Position numbers and translations under genes: made by a program
NCBI GenBank assembly: GCA_012295275.1
Contig: CM022666.1
Coordinates: 15,314,001-15,378,000 of the forward strand
Reading direction: 5' to 3'
Source: Chrysomallon squamiferum
Lineage: Eukaryota; Animalia; Mollusca
Length of the DNA stretch: 64,000 nucleotides
Shown: piece after piece, positions 1 through 14,520 of the stretch
Numbering within the stretch: position 1 is the first letter of the stretch
Layout of the letters: the number at the start of each line of letters is the position of its first letter
The notes under the pieces: generated by a model
What the model saw: only the letters and a program-made list of their open reading frames with translations
What the model was told of the DNA's origin: nothing
Database searches by the model: none

Positions 1-79
1 TACTACTAGTTTGTGACAAAAAGACCGATTGTGAATGTTTTAAGAAAATCAATCAAGTTCACAGATTTTAAACATGTAC

Positions 80-1153
80 CTGTATGAATGCTGCATGTGC
101 TATAAATGGCAGTTTCCTCAAAGTTCTACCACTTAAACTTTGACTTTTTCTGGAAATAAATTAAAAAATAATAATTAAAAAAATAAAACAAATAATAATA
201 ATAATAATAAAATTTAATTAAAAAGAATATTAACAAAAACAACATACATTCACATACATATTTAATTTCACTGTATAAATATTCAAAATTAACTGGTGCT
301 ATTAAAAAATTAAAAAACAGTTCACAAGAAAAATGATTGGCAGTAAACTGTTAACAATGTAATTAAAAACTGTCAAAGGATAAATTCAGTATTTTTTTTC
401 AATATTTAAAATTTTAATTTTTTTTTAAATTCTTTTTTTTATTAAGGAATTTATCATTAATGTCAAAATGCAAAAAAATTGTTTTACATAATGAAAATTT
501 TATCAAATGTGAGCTAACTTATGGCTTGATTATGACAAAACCTGCTCTGATGTGTTATTTTTGTATTAATAAAAATTTAAATAAACAAGTAACATATACA
601 TTTAACACATACAATATAAGAAGGTACAATTTATTTAAGTTTACATATTTACTACAAAAGAAATCTAAATCTATTCTCTGTACTTCTGTGTATTGTTTAT
701 TTCTGGTGGTCCAGTCCTATTTAATAATGATGTATATCAGATGAGTACAGTTAAAAAGTATCTGGGTGTGGTCATTTTTCTGAAGTGTTCACTTTACCCT
801 AAAGACTTGACCGATCCACTCTGTGTTTCACTTTATGTCAGAAAAAAAAAATAGATCTATCAGTTCACCTTGCAGGTGTGAAGGGAGCAAATGTCATATC
901 AGTTATTTTTGTTATTATTATTATTGTTATTATTGTTATGGTTATATTTATTGTTAGTATTTATTGTTATTGCTGTTACTGTTATTATTTTTATTATTAC
1001 TATTAGTACTGCTACTCTTTCTGTTATTATTATTTTTTTTTATTATTAATATTATTGTTGCTACAATTTTTGTGTTGTTATTATTATTGTTATTACCATT
1101 ATTACTTTATTATTATTATTGTTATTTATTATTATTATTATTATTATTGCTAT

Positions 1154-1184
<31 letters not shown>

Positions 1185-3984
1185 TCTTTTATTTGTTATC
1201 AAAAACAAAATAATAACTTTGAAGTACGATGAATGCTGTTAGCTGATATGTTGACCAAAAGTACTGATTAAATATTACTGAATATTTCTTGAAATGTTTA
1301 TTTAGTAATACAGTTGTTAATTAAGTACCAAAATGTTTATTAAATAATAAAAACACTTATTAAGTAACAAAATGTTTATTAAGTAATGAAACACTCACAT
1401 TGCAATGTTGCGAAGCAGAAGAGAAAGGTGCGTGGCGCTGTTGTCGACAAACCTCATCACTTCCAGCGCCTTGAGGTCAAGCAGCTGCTGTGCAGGGCTG
1501 ATAATCCCTGTCTGAGATACACAGCACTCGTAACTAGGTGTGTACAGATACACAGCACTCGTAACTAGGTGTGTACAGATACACAGCACTCGTAACTAGG
1601 TGTGCACAGATACACAGCACTCGTAACTATGTGTGGACAGATACACAGCACTCGTAACTATGTGTGTACAGATACACAGCACTCGTAACTGTGTGTGTAC
1701 AGATACACAGCACTCGTAACTGTGTGTACAGATACACAGCACTCGTAACTGTGTGTGTACAGATACACAGCACTCGTAACTACGTGTGTACAGATACACA
1801 GCACTCGTAACTGTGTGTGTACAGATACACAGCACTCGTAACTGTGTGTGTACAGATACACAGCACTCGTAACTGTGTGTACAGATACACAGCACTCGTA
1901 ACTAGGTGTGTACAGATACACAGCACTCGTAACTGTGTGTGTACAGATACACAGCACTCGTAACTATGTGTGTACAGATACACAGCACTCGTAACTGTGT
2001 GTGTGTGTGTACAGATACACAGCACTCGTAACTGTGTGTGTACAGATACACAGCACTCGTAACTACGTGTGTACAGATACACAGCACTCGTAACTGTGTG
2101 TGTACAGATACACAGCACTCGTAACTATGTGTGTACAGATACACAGATAGAACTGTGTGTGTACAGATACACAGCACTCGTGAATTCGGTGTGTACAGAT
2201 ACACAGCACTCGTGAACTGTGTGTGTACAGATACACAGCACTCGTAACTGTGTGTACAGATACACAGCACTCGTAACTGTGTGTACAGATACACAGCACT
2301 CGTAACTATGTGTGTACAGATACACAGCACTCGTAACTGTGTGTGCACAGATACACAGCACTCGTAACTATGTGTGTACAGATACACAGCACTCGTAACT
2401 GTGTGTACAGATACACAGCACTCGTAACTGTGTGTGTACAGATACACAGCACTCGTAACTGTGTGTGTACAGATACACAGCACTCGTAACTACGTGTGCA
2501 CAGATACACAGCACTCGTAACTAGGTGTGCACAGATACACAGCACTCGTAACTATGTGTGCACAGATACACAGCACTCGTAACTAGGTGTGTACAGATAC
2601 ACAGCACTCGTAACTATGTGTGTACAGATACACAGCACTCGTAACTATGTGTGTACAGATACACAGCACTCGTAACTAGGTGTGTACAGATACACACACA
2701 GACACATGTACACAATCAAAGACACACACATACAAACACATACATATAAACCACACAAGCACACAATCATAGATACACACACACACACAATGTTCAAGTA
2801 AACACAAGCACACACACATGTACACCTACACACATATGAACACACAGCCACATACCTACTTAGCTACATTCATACATACATTCTTAAAAGACAGATAATA
2901 TAATGATATATAAATACATAAAGAGAAGTACCTAAATACATACATATGTAGACATATACACAAATATACACACAAACAAAAATCAATTTAAAATAATATT
3001 AAACACCACCTTTAAAAATTAAATTAACAATTAAATTTAAATATTCAAACTGTATATGTATGCATTTTAACAAAAGAATAGCAAAAATTAATAAAAAAAA
3101 AATTAAAATAAAAATAAAAAAAACAGAATAAGAATAAGAATAATAACAATAAAAATAACAATAACACTAATAATAAAAAAAATAAATTAAAAAAAATAGT
3201 AACAACTGTGAAAAGCAAAGTAAGAAAATAAAAATAAAAATTAAAGTTTGTAGTGTACAAATTGTCCTTGTGTATTCTGGACCAAAACAATAAATAATAA
3301 ACAAAAATAAGTAAAGAATGAAATATATAGACTCATATGATTTATTTCAAGAATAAAAAAATAACCATCATTAATCTGAATTTAACTCTACGTATTTAAC
3401 AAAAAATTATTCTTATTTTTTATTTTCAAAAAACAAATATTTGATGGCTGTGTATACAAACCCTCATAAGTTCCTGCAGACACGAGTGGTATATTTTGAA
3501 TATTGCACATGGAGATGGTGGACCAATGTACTGTTTTATATCAGCACGGTCAACGAAGGCAAGATCAATCGCACCAGTTACGTTAGAAGTTGTCAGAATC
3601 AACACATTTGGATATCTGAAATTTTAAATATTAAAAATCACTTTTCAAAAAACATACTGCTATGATTCTTAACACAGGTGGCAGCACCATTTTAGGTCAC
3701 TGTGAAATATCTATTTATTTATCTATCCACAAACACACACACACACACCTCTATATTTTCACAATTTAGATAGGAAAATATTTCAAACAGTTTATAACAA
3801 AAATAAAAATATTAAAATAATTGGTAATAAGTCAAATTATATTAATCACTTTAATGATAAAATTAGTTTTGTTGATCTATTTATACTGTTGGCTGTGTTA
3901 TATTCTTATACAGAATGTATTTGGTAACAAAAATGTTGAAAACTTTTAAGTAGCTGCAAACCAGCAAATTATTTATTTAAACAA

Positions 3985-4017
<33 letters not shown>

Positions 4018-4559
4018 TAAAAAATAATAAATAAATAAATAAATAAATAAATAAACAAATAAAGAAGAATTGAAATGTCAAAAAAGAATAATCACTTTTT
4101 AAAATAGGGAGTCAGTATTTATTTATTTCTGAAACACATTTAATATCAGACATTATGAAAAAGAAATGTTTGACCTTTTTATCTGGTCTATCTGAGTTAA
4201 CAAAGCATTGACAACTCGAATAGCGTCAGATGGTTCATTACCATTCACAGCACTTTTTCGAGCAGATGTCAAACTCTCCACCTGAAAAACAATTAAATAA
4301 TCAGAATAAAAAGTGGATATAAATAAAAAAAAAAAAAAAAAAAAAGTTCACACTGTAAAATATCTAAGTGTGAGACAACAAATAACAAAAAGTAACAACA
4401 AATAAATAAAAATAAATATAAAAATAAAAACAGTAATAATAATATTAATAATGATAACAACAATAACAATAACAGCAATACTGCTACTACTACTGGTAAT
4501 TAGAAAGAAGAAGTAATAATTAAGAAATAATGGCTAATGTTGTAAAAATTAAAACAAAA

Positions 4560-4595
<36 letters not shown>

Positions 4596-4811
4596 CAAAA
4601 ACCGGCTAATACTGTAAAGTGCCTAAACTTTTTACAACAAATAATAAGAAGAAATAATAAAATAAAAGAAGGTAAAATGATAAGTTTAAATACCTCATCA
4701 ATGAGAACACAAACAAGGCAGTCTTTGTCATCTATCAACTCCTGAATTTTCTGAAACATTTTCATCACAAGTTTGCCACTCTGCAAGTAAATAAAAAAAA
4801 AAAAAAAAAAA

Positions 4812-4846
<35 letters not shown>

Positions 4847-7800
4847 AAAATAAGTAAGCAAGTAAATAAGTAAATAAGTAAATAAATAAATAAATACTTA
4901 AATAAATAAAAAAATAAGTAAATAAATAAATAAATAAGTAAATAAATAAATAAATAAAAAAAAAAATAAATACATAAATAAAAAAAATAAAAATATAATA
5001 ACAAATTTCATCTTAACTAATATTAAATTTTATTGAAAAAGTAGATACAGTAGTACAAATAAACAATTTTATAAAAAATTATTTTACTACCTTATTTTAT
5101 TGTTTTGTTTGATCTATTAATACTCACAACAAAGTATGACAATAACACACCACCATTAAAACTTTGAATACTGACACTTTTTACTGAGTATGATGTCATC
5201 AGACAAACACAAACACTGGGAGAAAAAGATAATTTTTCTGAAGAACTAGAAGACATTTTACAATAAAATGATTGCACTTTACATTAAGAATATAGAAAAA
5301 TGGTGCCACCTAAAAAAAATTAGACTGTACTTTTTTGTTTTTAAACTCTGTTTTTAACATAAGATAGAAATTATAATCTGGAAGTATGCAGAATATATAT
5401 CTTCATAAAATGCACACAATCACACACGCATTCTTAACAAAAACTTGTAATAGAAAAAATAAACATTATAAAAGTTTAAAAAATAAATAAATCATGACAT
5501 GAAAATAAATAAATAAATAAATAGTAATACCATTAAGATTGAAGATAAATAATAAAACATATTCTTGACCATTAATAATCATTAAAAAATTCTCAGTGCA
5601 AAATATAACAGTTTAAAGCATACATTAGATAATATGAAGAAACAATCTAAACATATTCTGTATGGTAACAACTCATGATTTAAATATAATTTTTGGTCAT
5701 CCAGTTAACAATAACATACAGTTTAAAAAAACTTTGACAGAGGACACTCCAATCTGCTGTAAAATTTTATTGTCATCAAGTATATAAATGGTATCAAGAC
5801 TCCAGACACAAAGGGATAAAATGGCAAAGTTCCAATGTTTTGTAACAATTTTATTTTATTTTCATACTTTAATATGAGTTATTACTGAAAACAATATAAC
5901 AGCTTGGACATAGAATTTTATTAGGTCATTTATTTATAGAGAATCAACAATTCATAGCATTTTGAAGTGAATTTCAAAGAGAATATTTTCATATTAGGGC
6001 ATAGATTTATTCAGTCAAGCATGTGCCATTTTGTTCATGCTTCAGAAAATGTGTATGTGACTTATGTTTTTGTGTAATTGCCATCTAGTGAAAAAAATAT
6101 TAAAAAATTTGGTTTCAAAAACATTAAAAACTGAAAAGTTTAATATTTAGTAAATGGTAGGGAAAGACTAGCTGGGGACTACTTGTTACTGACACATAGA
6201 GACAGATAAACTAATAAGTAAAATAAATTACTGAACTGACTTAGATGTAAAATACAAAAGTCTTACTTCAGAAAACCATTTAGAGAGATAGATAAACTAT
6301 TAAATAAATAAAATACTGAACTGACTTAGATGTAAAATACAAAAGTCTTACTTCAGAAAACCATTTAGAAAACAGACTGTGACTGTTTATCTCCACCAGC
6401 TGTCCATATGTGTATCTGTCAGACAATCGTACAGACAACTTCTGAGCCAAGGCTTTGCACAGTGAGGTTTTGCCAGTACCTGGCGGTCCTACATATTAAA
6501 TAAAAGGTTAAATATTTTGTCTTGGTAACTGATTAATAATTAACAAAAACAAAACACTAAATCTGGGGGCTGATAATTTTCAGTGGTTGTTTAATCATGT
6601 ACATGGCTGACCAATTTGCTATAAAATCTTTTTTATGGTTGACATAATTGTAATGTAATTTAATGTTAATTGTAATATAACTGTAAAATAAAAAATATTA
6701 TTAATAAAAAGATATCTACTGAATAATAAAAAGTATTACACATGCTTTTATTTATTGTTTATTTATCATTATTATTTATTTTTATTATTTTTTAAAAATA
6801 AATTTAGAACTGCAATGTTTGTACAACATTTCATGGAGTATTTTATAATATTAATTTATAATTTTTTATTTTAAATTTAAAAATTAAAAACACAGTTTTA
6901 ATTTGTTTTAAATTTATATCTTACCATGCAGGAGAATTACTCTGTTCCAGCTAATAATGTTGTAATCAACATTCCTGTCTGAGAATAACAGAGTAGTACT
7001 TGCATAATTCAACAGCTAAAAAAAAAAAAAAATAATAATAATACTAACAACACTATAATAACTAGTACAAGAAAACTTTAATAAACACCACAATTAACTT
7101 GTTCTATGTATTTTTTAGGTGGTTTCATAGAATGAAGGATTTGTACTTCAAAATTCATGCTATGTGCATTTCTGTGTATGATCTTAATAATAGTAGGCTC
7201 TGTATAAAATATACTTTGTTAATGAAAGAAATGTAGCCATTTTTTTTTAAAATCTATTTGACATCAATTTATTAATCCAGTTAACATTTTTGTTTGTATG
7301 TTGCTATCCATATTTTAGATAATATTAAATTTGTGACTATAGATTATTTTTAAAATAATAGTTATGGTTGTGGGATGGGAAAAAACATACTGATCTTATT
7401 TCAGATGATTAAATATAAAAACATATACCAAATGTTTCTTTGATACATATATTGCAGACAAATAAAATTTTTATTATTATTAATATAATTTAATACTTAA
7501 AATAACTCATGTATAATAGTTTTAATACGGTCAATCTTCATACGAAATTTAGAGAACTTAATTTTCATCATTTAATTATTGAAAACATTCCTTATATAAA
7601 TTTTATGATTTTAATACAAATCACATACAATTAACATACAAAGTTAGTAAATTTTATTTTTAATAATATTTGATATCAAAACTATTTTAGCAATTTCCAC
7701 ACACAGTCGATCTCTTAAATGTTAATAAACAAATGAATAAAAAGGAATTTTTGTTACAAAACTGAAAGAATAAACAATTGTGAAATCTCGCAGATTTGAT

Positions 7801-9599
7801 GAATTAATATCTGAATTTCAAATGAGTGTTTTTGTCTTCCAGTCTTGGACTCACCCTGGCTTTTATTGTGTCATCGAACACAAGTGTATCCCACAAGCCA
7901 CTGAAGTCTGGAAGGGAGCAGCCAGTGACAGGCTGCAGCAAGAGCATCATCGTCTTCGTCTAACTCCTCCGAGCCTGGCCCTTCAGTGTTCAGATGAAAC
8001 ACATGCATGTGAAGTTTGTCTGAGGTCAGATTAATAGTCTGATAAATAAAATAAAATAAAATAAAATAAAATCAGTGTTCAGATGAAACACATGCATGTG
8101 AAGTTTGTCTGAGGTCAGATTAATAGTCTGATAAATAAAATAAAATAAAATAAAATAAAATCAGTGTTCAGATGAAACACATGCATGTGAAGTTTGTCTG
8201 AGGTCAGATTAATAGTCTGAGAAATAAAATAAAATAAAATAAAATAAAATCAGTGTTCAGATGAAACACATGCATGTGAAGTTTGTCTGAGGTCAGATTA
8301 ATAGTCTGATAAATAAAATAAAATAAAATAAAATAAAATAAAATCAGTGTTCAGATGAAACACATGCATGTGAAGTTTGTCTGAGGTCAAAATAATAGTC
8401 TGATAAATAAAATAGAATGAAATGGAGTGGAATATAATAGAATAGAGCAGGGTAGAGTAAGGAGGGGTAGAATAGAATAGAATAGAACAAAATGAAATAA
8501 AAATAACAATACGAACAACATTTTTCTTCTATGAGAATGTGTATTTGTGTAGACCAATATTATTATTTTATTTTTATTATTTTTAAGGCAGTAAATCTCA
8601 GGAAATAAATAGAAAACGACATATTTATTCTGAAAACAGCTGTAAAAGGAAAAACTCTACGTTATCGTAACAGAAACTGAAACAAGTCAAATACTGATAC
8701 CGTTTTGCCATGTGATGTAATTTCCGTGTCACACAATGCCACAGACTTGACATGCTCAGTGAGAAACTCGTCCTCAAACTCTGTGATTGTGAAATCACCG
8801 TACGCAACTTTATGTTTGCTGAGCAGCTGACAGACATGTTCTTTTACTAAAGAACTTCTTGCTGTGCTGGAAGTAAACATAGAAAACTTTTATTAAAACA
8901 CACTCAACACTTTTCATTTATATGGCATCAGACATATTGTTGATGATTGCTCAGATAATGAAAGAGGAAACCGATGTTATGCGTAATAACTGATCTCATG
9001 AAAAATAATTTTTTTAATGCATTCTAATTTTGTATTAATTTAATATCTATTATCCTAATATAGTAAAGATTAATATCACTAATTTAGAACTTATATTAAA
9101 ATTAAAAAATTAAATTTAAATAATAAAAAAGAATTATTAACTAATAATTTGATACATCAACTTTTCTTTCAAATAATAATAATAATAACAACAAAAATCA
9201 GATACTTGTGTGTAATTTATTTACTGACAACAAAAGTGACAATACAGTTAAAAGTTATGTCTATACTTTGTCAATGGAAGGTTTTACTAGATTTTACTGA
9301 GTTTTCTGCTCTGATTTATTGTTAAACTAGTACTGAACATTAATATAAAAACACCATTATTGCTTATCGAACCATTTTTTCCTTCTCACTGATAAGTAGC
9401 TGTTTTCATTTATGTATTCCTGTTTAATCCTTGTTATTAAAGGAAATCAGTACATACTATTTATTTTTACTTGCCTTGTTACCTTTAAGATGTTTTTTTT
9501 CTCTACATTATCTAACTTAATGTTCACATTTTTCTGTAAGAACTAATTAGTAATTTGTAACTGTCTCATGGTTTGTTGTTTGATTTAATTTTTATTTTA

Positions 9600-9639
<40 letters not shown>

Positions 9640-9829
9640 TTTTTTTTTTTACGAGATGGAAAGAGCACTCTTACCATAATTCTAATTCAGTAATATTACT
9701 AAACAATAATCGGATTACTCACGATTAGGTCTTTACCTACCTGCATGGCTGAAGACAAATTTCAACATGATGTACAAGAGGCTTTGGAAAAGGCAAAGCA
9801 TCACCCAAATCTGCGACCTGATCAACCAT
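80..9829 (-). CDS. TRIP13: Pachytene checkpoint protein 2 / TRIP13 AAA+ ATPase (10 exons visible; last exon lies left of the window)
   Basis: GT-AG exons (minus): 9829-9741 ([30 protein letters not shown]), 8866-8701, 8038-7855, 7015-6925 ([23 protein letters not shown]), 6488-6352 (Walker [19 protein letters not shown]...[14 protein letters not shown]), 4780-4694 (SGKLV...Walker B VLIDE), 4281-4175 (VESLTSAR...[20 protein letters not shown]), 3615-3462 (ILTTSN...[17 protein letters not shown]), 1511-1399, 149-80 ([15 protein letters not shown]). Phases are consistent except for a 2-nt deficit near 7909. Confidence 0.96.
1515..2695. repeat. ~31-bp minisatellite (GTACAGATACACAGCACTCGTAACT+(TG)n), about 38 copies, in a TRIP13 intron
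   Basis: Near-identical head-to-tail units with no unique spacers; abuts the splice acceptor at 1512-1513. Confidence 0.97.
6197..6368. repeat. ~85-bp tandem duplication spanning the 3' end and donor of the TRIP13 Walker A exon
   Basis: TACTGAACTGACTTAGATGTAAAATACAAAAGTCTTACTTCAGAAAACCATTTAGA occurs twice (about 6229 and 6314). Confidence 0.9.
7983..8410. repeat. 89-bp tandem repeat x5 made of the TRIP13 exon-3 acceptor plus the first 56 exonic nt
   Basis: Unit TCAGTGTTCAGATGAAACACATGCATGTGAAGTTTGTCTGAGGTCAGATTAATAGTCTGA+(TAAAA)n; acceptor-equivalent exon starts at 8038, 8127, 8216, 8305, 8399. Confidence 0.96.
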
Positions 9830-10348
9830 ATTTAAAAAATAAAGTTTCTCAGCTAGCGGAGAATTATAGAATAAGAAGGATTTAAGTTAAACTACTAACT
9901 AGACAAAACTAATCAAATTTCAATCATCAATTTCGGACAACGATGGTCAAAAGTCATCATCTTAGCAAAAACCATTATTTAATTTTACTGTTAGATTACC
10001 CAACTAAAACAATTAATTCACCGATCAAATTTCTAAAGAATGAAGAAAAGAAAAGAATGACACATTTTAGGAGGATATTACACTCTTTGAATCTGGCGCA
10101 TTCTATAAAAGTTAATGTTTGACAACAAGACTGACTTTTCAATCGAGGTACGCTTTCAGTTACCTTAGAAATAACTAAAATTGTACTGCAGTTAGTTAAA
10201 CAGTCTATCATAGTAGTCTTGTTTAATTCAGACGCTGGTATAGTCTCGATAGATATTGTTTATTGTACATAACTATATATGGGTATATTAACAGGACCGG
10301 GAACGTTATAAATAAATAAATGTAACAATTACGCCTGTCAGCGCCAAT

Positions 10349-10407
<59 letters not shown>

Positions 10408-10859
10408 TTTATTTTTTTAATAAAAATAGTAAAACGAAACAGCAGTGGTTTTTGGTTTGAAACGAAAAACTATTTTTAGGCAAACTAGTTACTATTTTAT
10501 AGATTTCAAAACAATACGAATTATTATTACTTTTTCTTTCTTTCTTCTTATAATAAGTAACTACATAAATAAATAAAATCACTTTAAGTCTTCATTACAG
10601 GTTGTTGGCATAAAATAAACCAAATTTAAAAAAATTTCATTTCGTGAAATATACGCGATGTATTTTTATGTTCTACAGGTATGTTTGAATTCATTCTTAT
10701 ATATTTATTATACTTATTTTTTCTTGTTCGTTATACGGTCATGAAATTTTTAAATTAGTATAATTAAACACCCATAACTAAATTATAGAAGAGTAATTTT
10801 AGAAAATAATCATAAATAATAATAATTGAAACAAAATGTTTTTTCAAATAAAATGTTTT

Positions 10860-10895
<36 letters not shown>

Positions 10896-11578
10896 GAAAG
10901 AAAGAAAAAAAAAAAAAGCAAAAAGAAAAAGAAGAAAGGAAACAGGTGAAGAATTTCCAATCGGAGGATAATGATGCATTAATTTCTAAATATATATAAA
11001 CATACGTATTAGATTTGAGCTGAAAGGAGAATCCGAAAGACGATGAAGACATTGAGATGAGTAATCATTTCTATCAAAGAATATTCTCGAATTAATACCA
11101 CAGTTCATAATTTTATTTATCCTCACATAATTATTACTCTTAGTGCTTTATTTACATATGTGTGTACGGCAGACTCTGTCTTAATGTTTTATTTATTTAT
11201 TTATTAAAATAATAATAATAAATAAACAAAAGGAAAAACATTTTTTTTTTTAAATCCACCTCAACTATGGTCATATAGTAATTCATTTTGTTAGTTTCGT
11301 AAATAACTAAATAAAAAGGACTTAACACCATAAACACAAATCATATAAAATAATAAAAACAGCATAAAAAAGATTTTCAAAACTATTTATTTATTATTTT
11401 TTTAAAGCAAAAGAAAAAAGATAAATTTGGCCATGAACCCATTTTGTAAAACAACATATAAAAACTATTTGTTGTAAAAGTAATGACATAATCAGCAGGA
11501 AATCCACTGGATGTATTCTGACATCATAAAATGAGTTATCAAATCTGGACGGAGGATAGTCTGATGATTCTAAAAACA

Positions 11579-11612
<34 letters not shown>

Positions 11613-13464
11613 AATATCTCTACAACACTTCATTTTCTTACATAAATGGTTTACCATCACCAAACATACGTCATGGATTCTGTAAAAATATTTAAACATT
11701 ATACAGCTATAGCAGTACATTTCTAAATCAAGTCATTATCTCACTGAGGGATTTTTGCATAATAAAAATAAGGATAAAAATATTACTACTACCACTACTG
11801 CTACTACTACTAGTACAAGTAGCAGTAATAATAAAAGGACATATAAACAGAAAAAAAAAAAAAAAAAAAAAATATATATATATAAAATAAATAAAGAAGA
11901 AAATAAAAAAAGACGATAACAATCACAACAAAATATACTCTGAAGTGTACATCAAGAGTACACATTATTTTGATACACATATATTTGTTTTTGTTTTTAA
12001 TAAAACCTATTTTACCAATGTCATATTTGCTTATAAAGAAATCAGTATATGCATATAATGGCATGGCATATACTTAAAGGAAATTTATAAATTGTGTGCT
12101 GCCTTTCAACTTAACAATAAATGCTTGTTCTTATGACAACATAATTAAACTAATTACAATGAACAAGACACAATGTTATTTCAGTGGTTTTTATGAAGGA
12201 GGGTCTTTTGTTTATAAATATCAATAAAATAAGGAATATATTTTACAATTATTTTTCATGAGAAAACATTTAACAAAAATTAAAATCTTTATTGTATTGG
12301 GTTAATTTATTTTGTGCATAAAAGTTCAACAAAAGGTTGTCTCAAAGTTTGAAAAAGTATTTCTTTTAATATTCAGTGAATCATATTGGTCTTTGATCCA
12401 GGTTTTTCAGAATGTTTTTCTGAACATGAACATTTGGTTATATACAGCACAGTAAGCTAGCTATATTTTAACTTGGATTTTTTTGTTAAATGATTATGAT
12501 TGCACTACAGTTTTATATGTGTTTGATTTACCATCATTGCTATAGATGCTGTGAAGATTTTTCAAAAATGGAGAAAATCAATGAAATCCAGTGTTTTAGG
12601 AACCATGTAGGATACAATATAAAATAAATAAACAGATATATATATATATATATATTCATGACCACTTAGATAAATGTATTAAGATTTAGTTGTATCATAC
12701 ATACATATATATATACATACATATGTATGTTTGTGTATGTATTATGTATATAACCAGTCAGTATAATTCTATCTGGGTGAAAAAATGTTTATGATAATAT
12801 ATATATATATATATATACACACACATACATATCAAAAATAACCACCCACCAAAACTCTAACAAATATAATCATCAGATACAATTTAACACAAGTTTTTGT
12901 TTTTCTACAAACAGTAATATGAATGTATTACAGTAAACATTACAATATAAATTCATCAACATTACGAAACAACAAAATCTAAACACTAAAAACTGCAGGA
13001 GAATATTTAAGGCTTGGAGTAAAATGATACTAACTAGAAAAAGTATATCACAAAGATATGTTTGTGTAGGATAAGGAATGAAGGCAAGGAATGTTGAGGA
13101 AGGATTCTTCATAATAACAACAATATCTGACTACAAGGCAACAACAGAGTCTGTTTATGGGAAAATCAGTGACAGCAATGGATGTATAAATGTGTACAAA
13201 GAAAGTAGAATCATAGATATTATTCAGGAACAGCAAGGGAACACAAACATAACTCAGGAAAAAACATGAAGGCCGCTAACAGAAGCTTTGGGAAAATTAA
13301 GTCACTGAAAAGCACCAGGGATAAATATAAAAATGTAAATAATTTTTTTTTTTTATAAATGGTTTTGTATCTTTTCAATCAACAATTCTTTTTATTACCA
13401 ATGATAGTAACATACATAACAAATGAAGAATGCATGTTAGCTCTCATTTCATTTTTGTCTGCGT

Positions 13465-13506
<42 letters not shown>

Positions 13507-13583
13507 AAGAAAAACCCTACAAGACTGAGTAAATGTTTGCAAATTTGATGTATTCTCAGTATATCATATTTTGTTTTAATAAA

Positions 13584-13614
<31 letters not shown>

Positions 13615-13974
13615 TAAAAATAAGAGAAAAATGCTAACATACATGCATCCTCATTGCACTCACAGCTTTTTTTATTTTATACTTTATTAGTTATAAAAGG
13701 TTGAACAACTATATTATTGAGACAATATGCTCATATATAATTCTTGGTGTTAATATAAAACAATACATGACAGAATCAGGAAGATTTGCATTATGGCAAA
13801 AATCAATAAAAGAAATATATTATCAACTTGATGAATATTCTACATAAATAAAATAAAGAAATTGCATCTGATTTAACACTTGTATGCAAGTAACTATAGA
13901 CCAAAGTAAAATAGTTCAAGAACAAACAATTTGCATGGTCTACACCATTATGCTATATTCAGTTTACTGTGTAA

Positions 13975-14520
13975 CAGATTGCTCAGTGTATCTACAATAT
14001 AACTGGTTGCTCAGTTTGTCTACAGTGTAATGCATTGCTCAGTCTGTCTACAGTGTTAAAGATTGCTCAGTCTGTCTACAGTGTTAAAAATTGCTCTGTC
14101 TGCATTGTTATGGATTGCTCAGTTTGTCTACATTGTTATGGATTGCTCAGTCTGTCTACAGTGTTAAAGATTGCTCAGTCTGTCTACAGTGTTAAAAATT
14201 GCTCTGTCTGCATTGTTATGGATTGCTCAATCTGTCTACATTGTTAAAGATTTCTAAGTCTGTCTACATTGTTATGGATTGTGCAGTCTGTCTACAATAT
14301 AATGGATTGTGCAGTCTGTCTACAATATAATGGATTGCTGAATCTGTCTACAGTGTTTTTGCTTAATCAATTGATCTACAGTATAATTAATTTCTTAGCG
14401 TTTACATTGCTGTATTGTCTACACTGCTCAGACTACAGTATTATGCATTGCTCAGTGTTTCCTATTATAGATTACTCAGTTTGTCTACAGATTAATGGAT
14501 TGCTCAGTCTGTCTACAGTT
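13975..14520. repeat. Degenerate ~28-bp minisatellite (GATTGCTCAGTCTGTCTACAGTGTTAAA-like) downstream of the uncharacterised gene's stop codon
   Basis: Recurrent TTGCTCAGTCTGTCTACA core. Confidence 0.9.

Noticed and set aside
1515-2695. Regular ~31-bp repeats superficially like a CRISPR array, and Cys/His-rich ORFs on the minus strand
   Set aside because: No unique spacers, no cas genes, eukaryotic intron; the ORFs are translations of the satellite.
13078-13269. 63-aa plus-strand ORF with ordinary composition
   Set aside because: No recognisable domain and no convincing splice partners; probably UTR/intergenic sequence or a decayed element.
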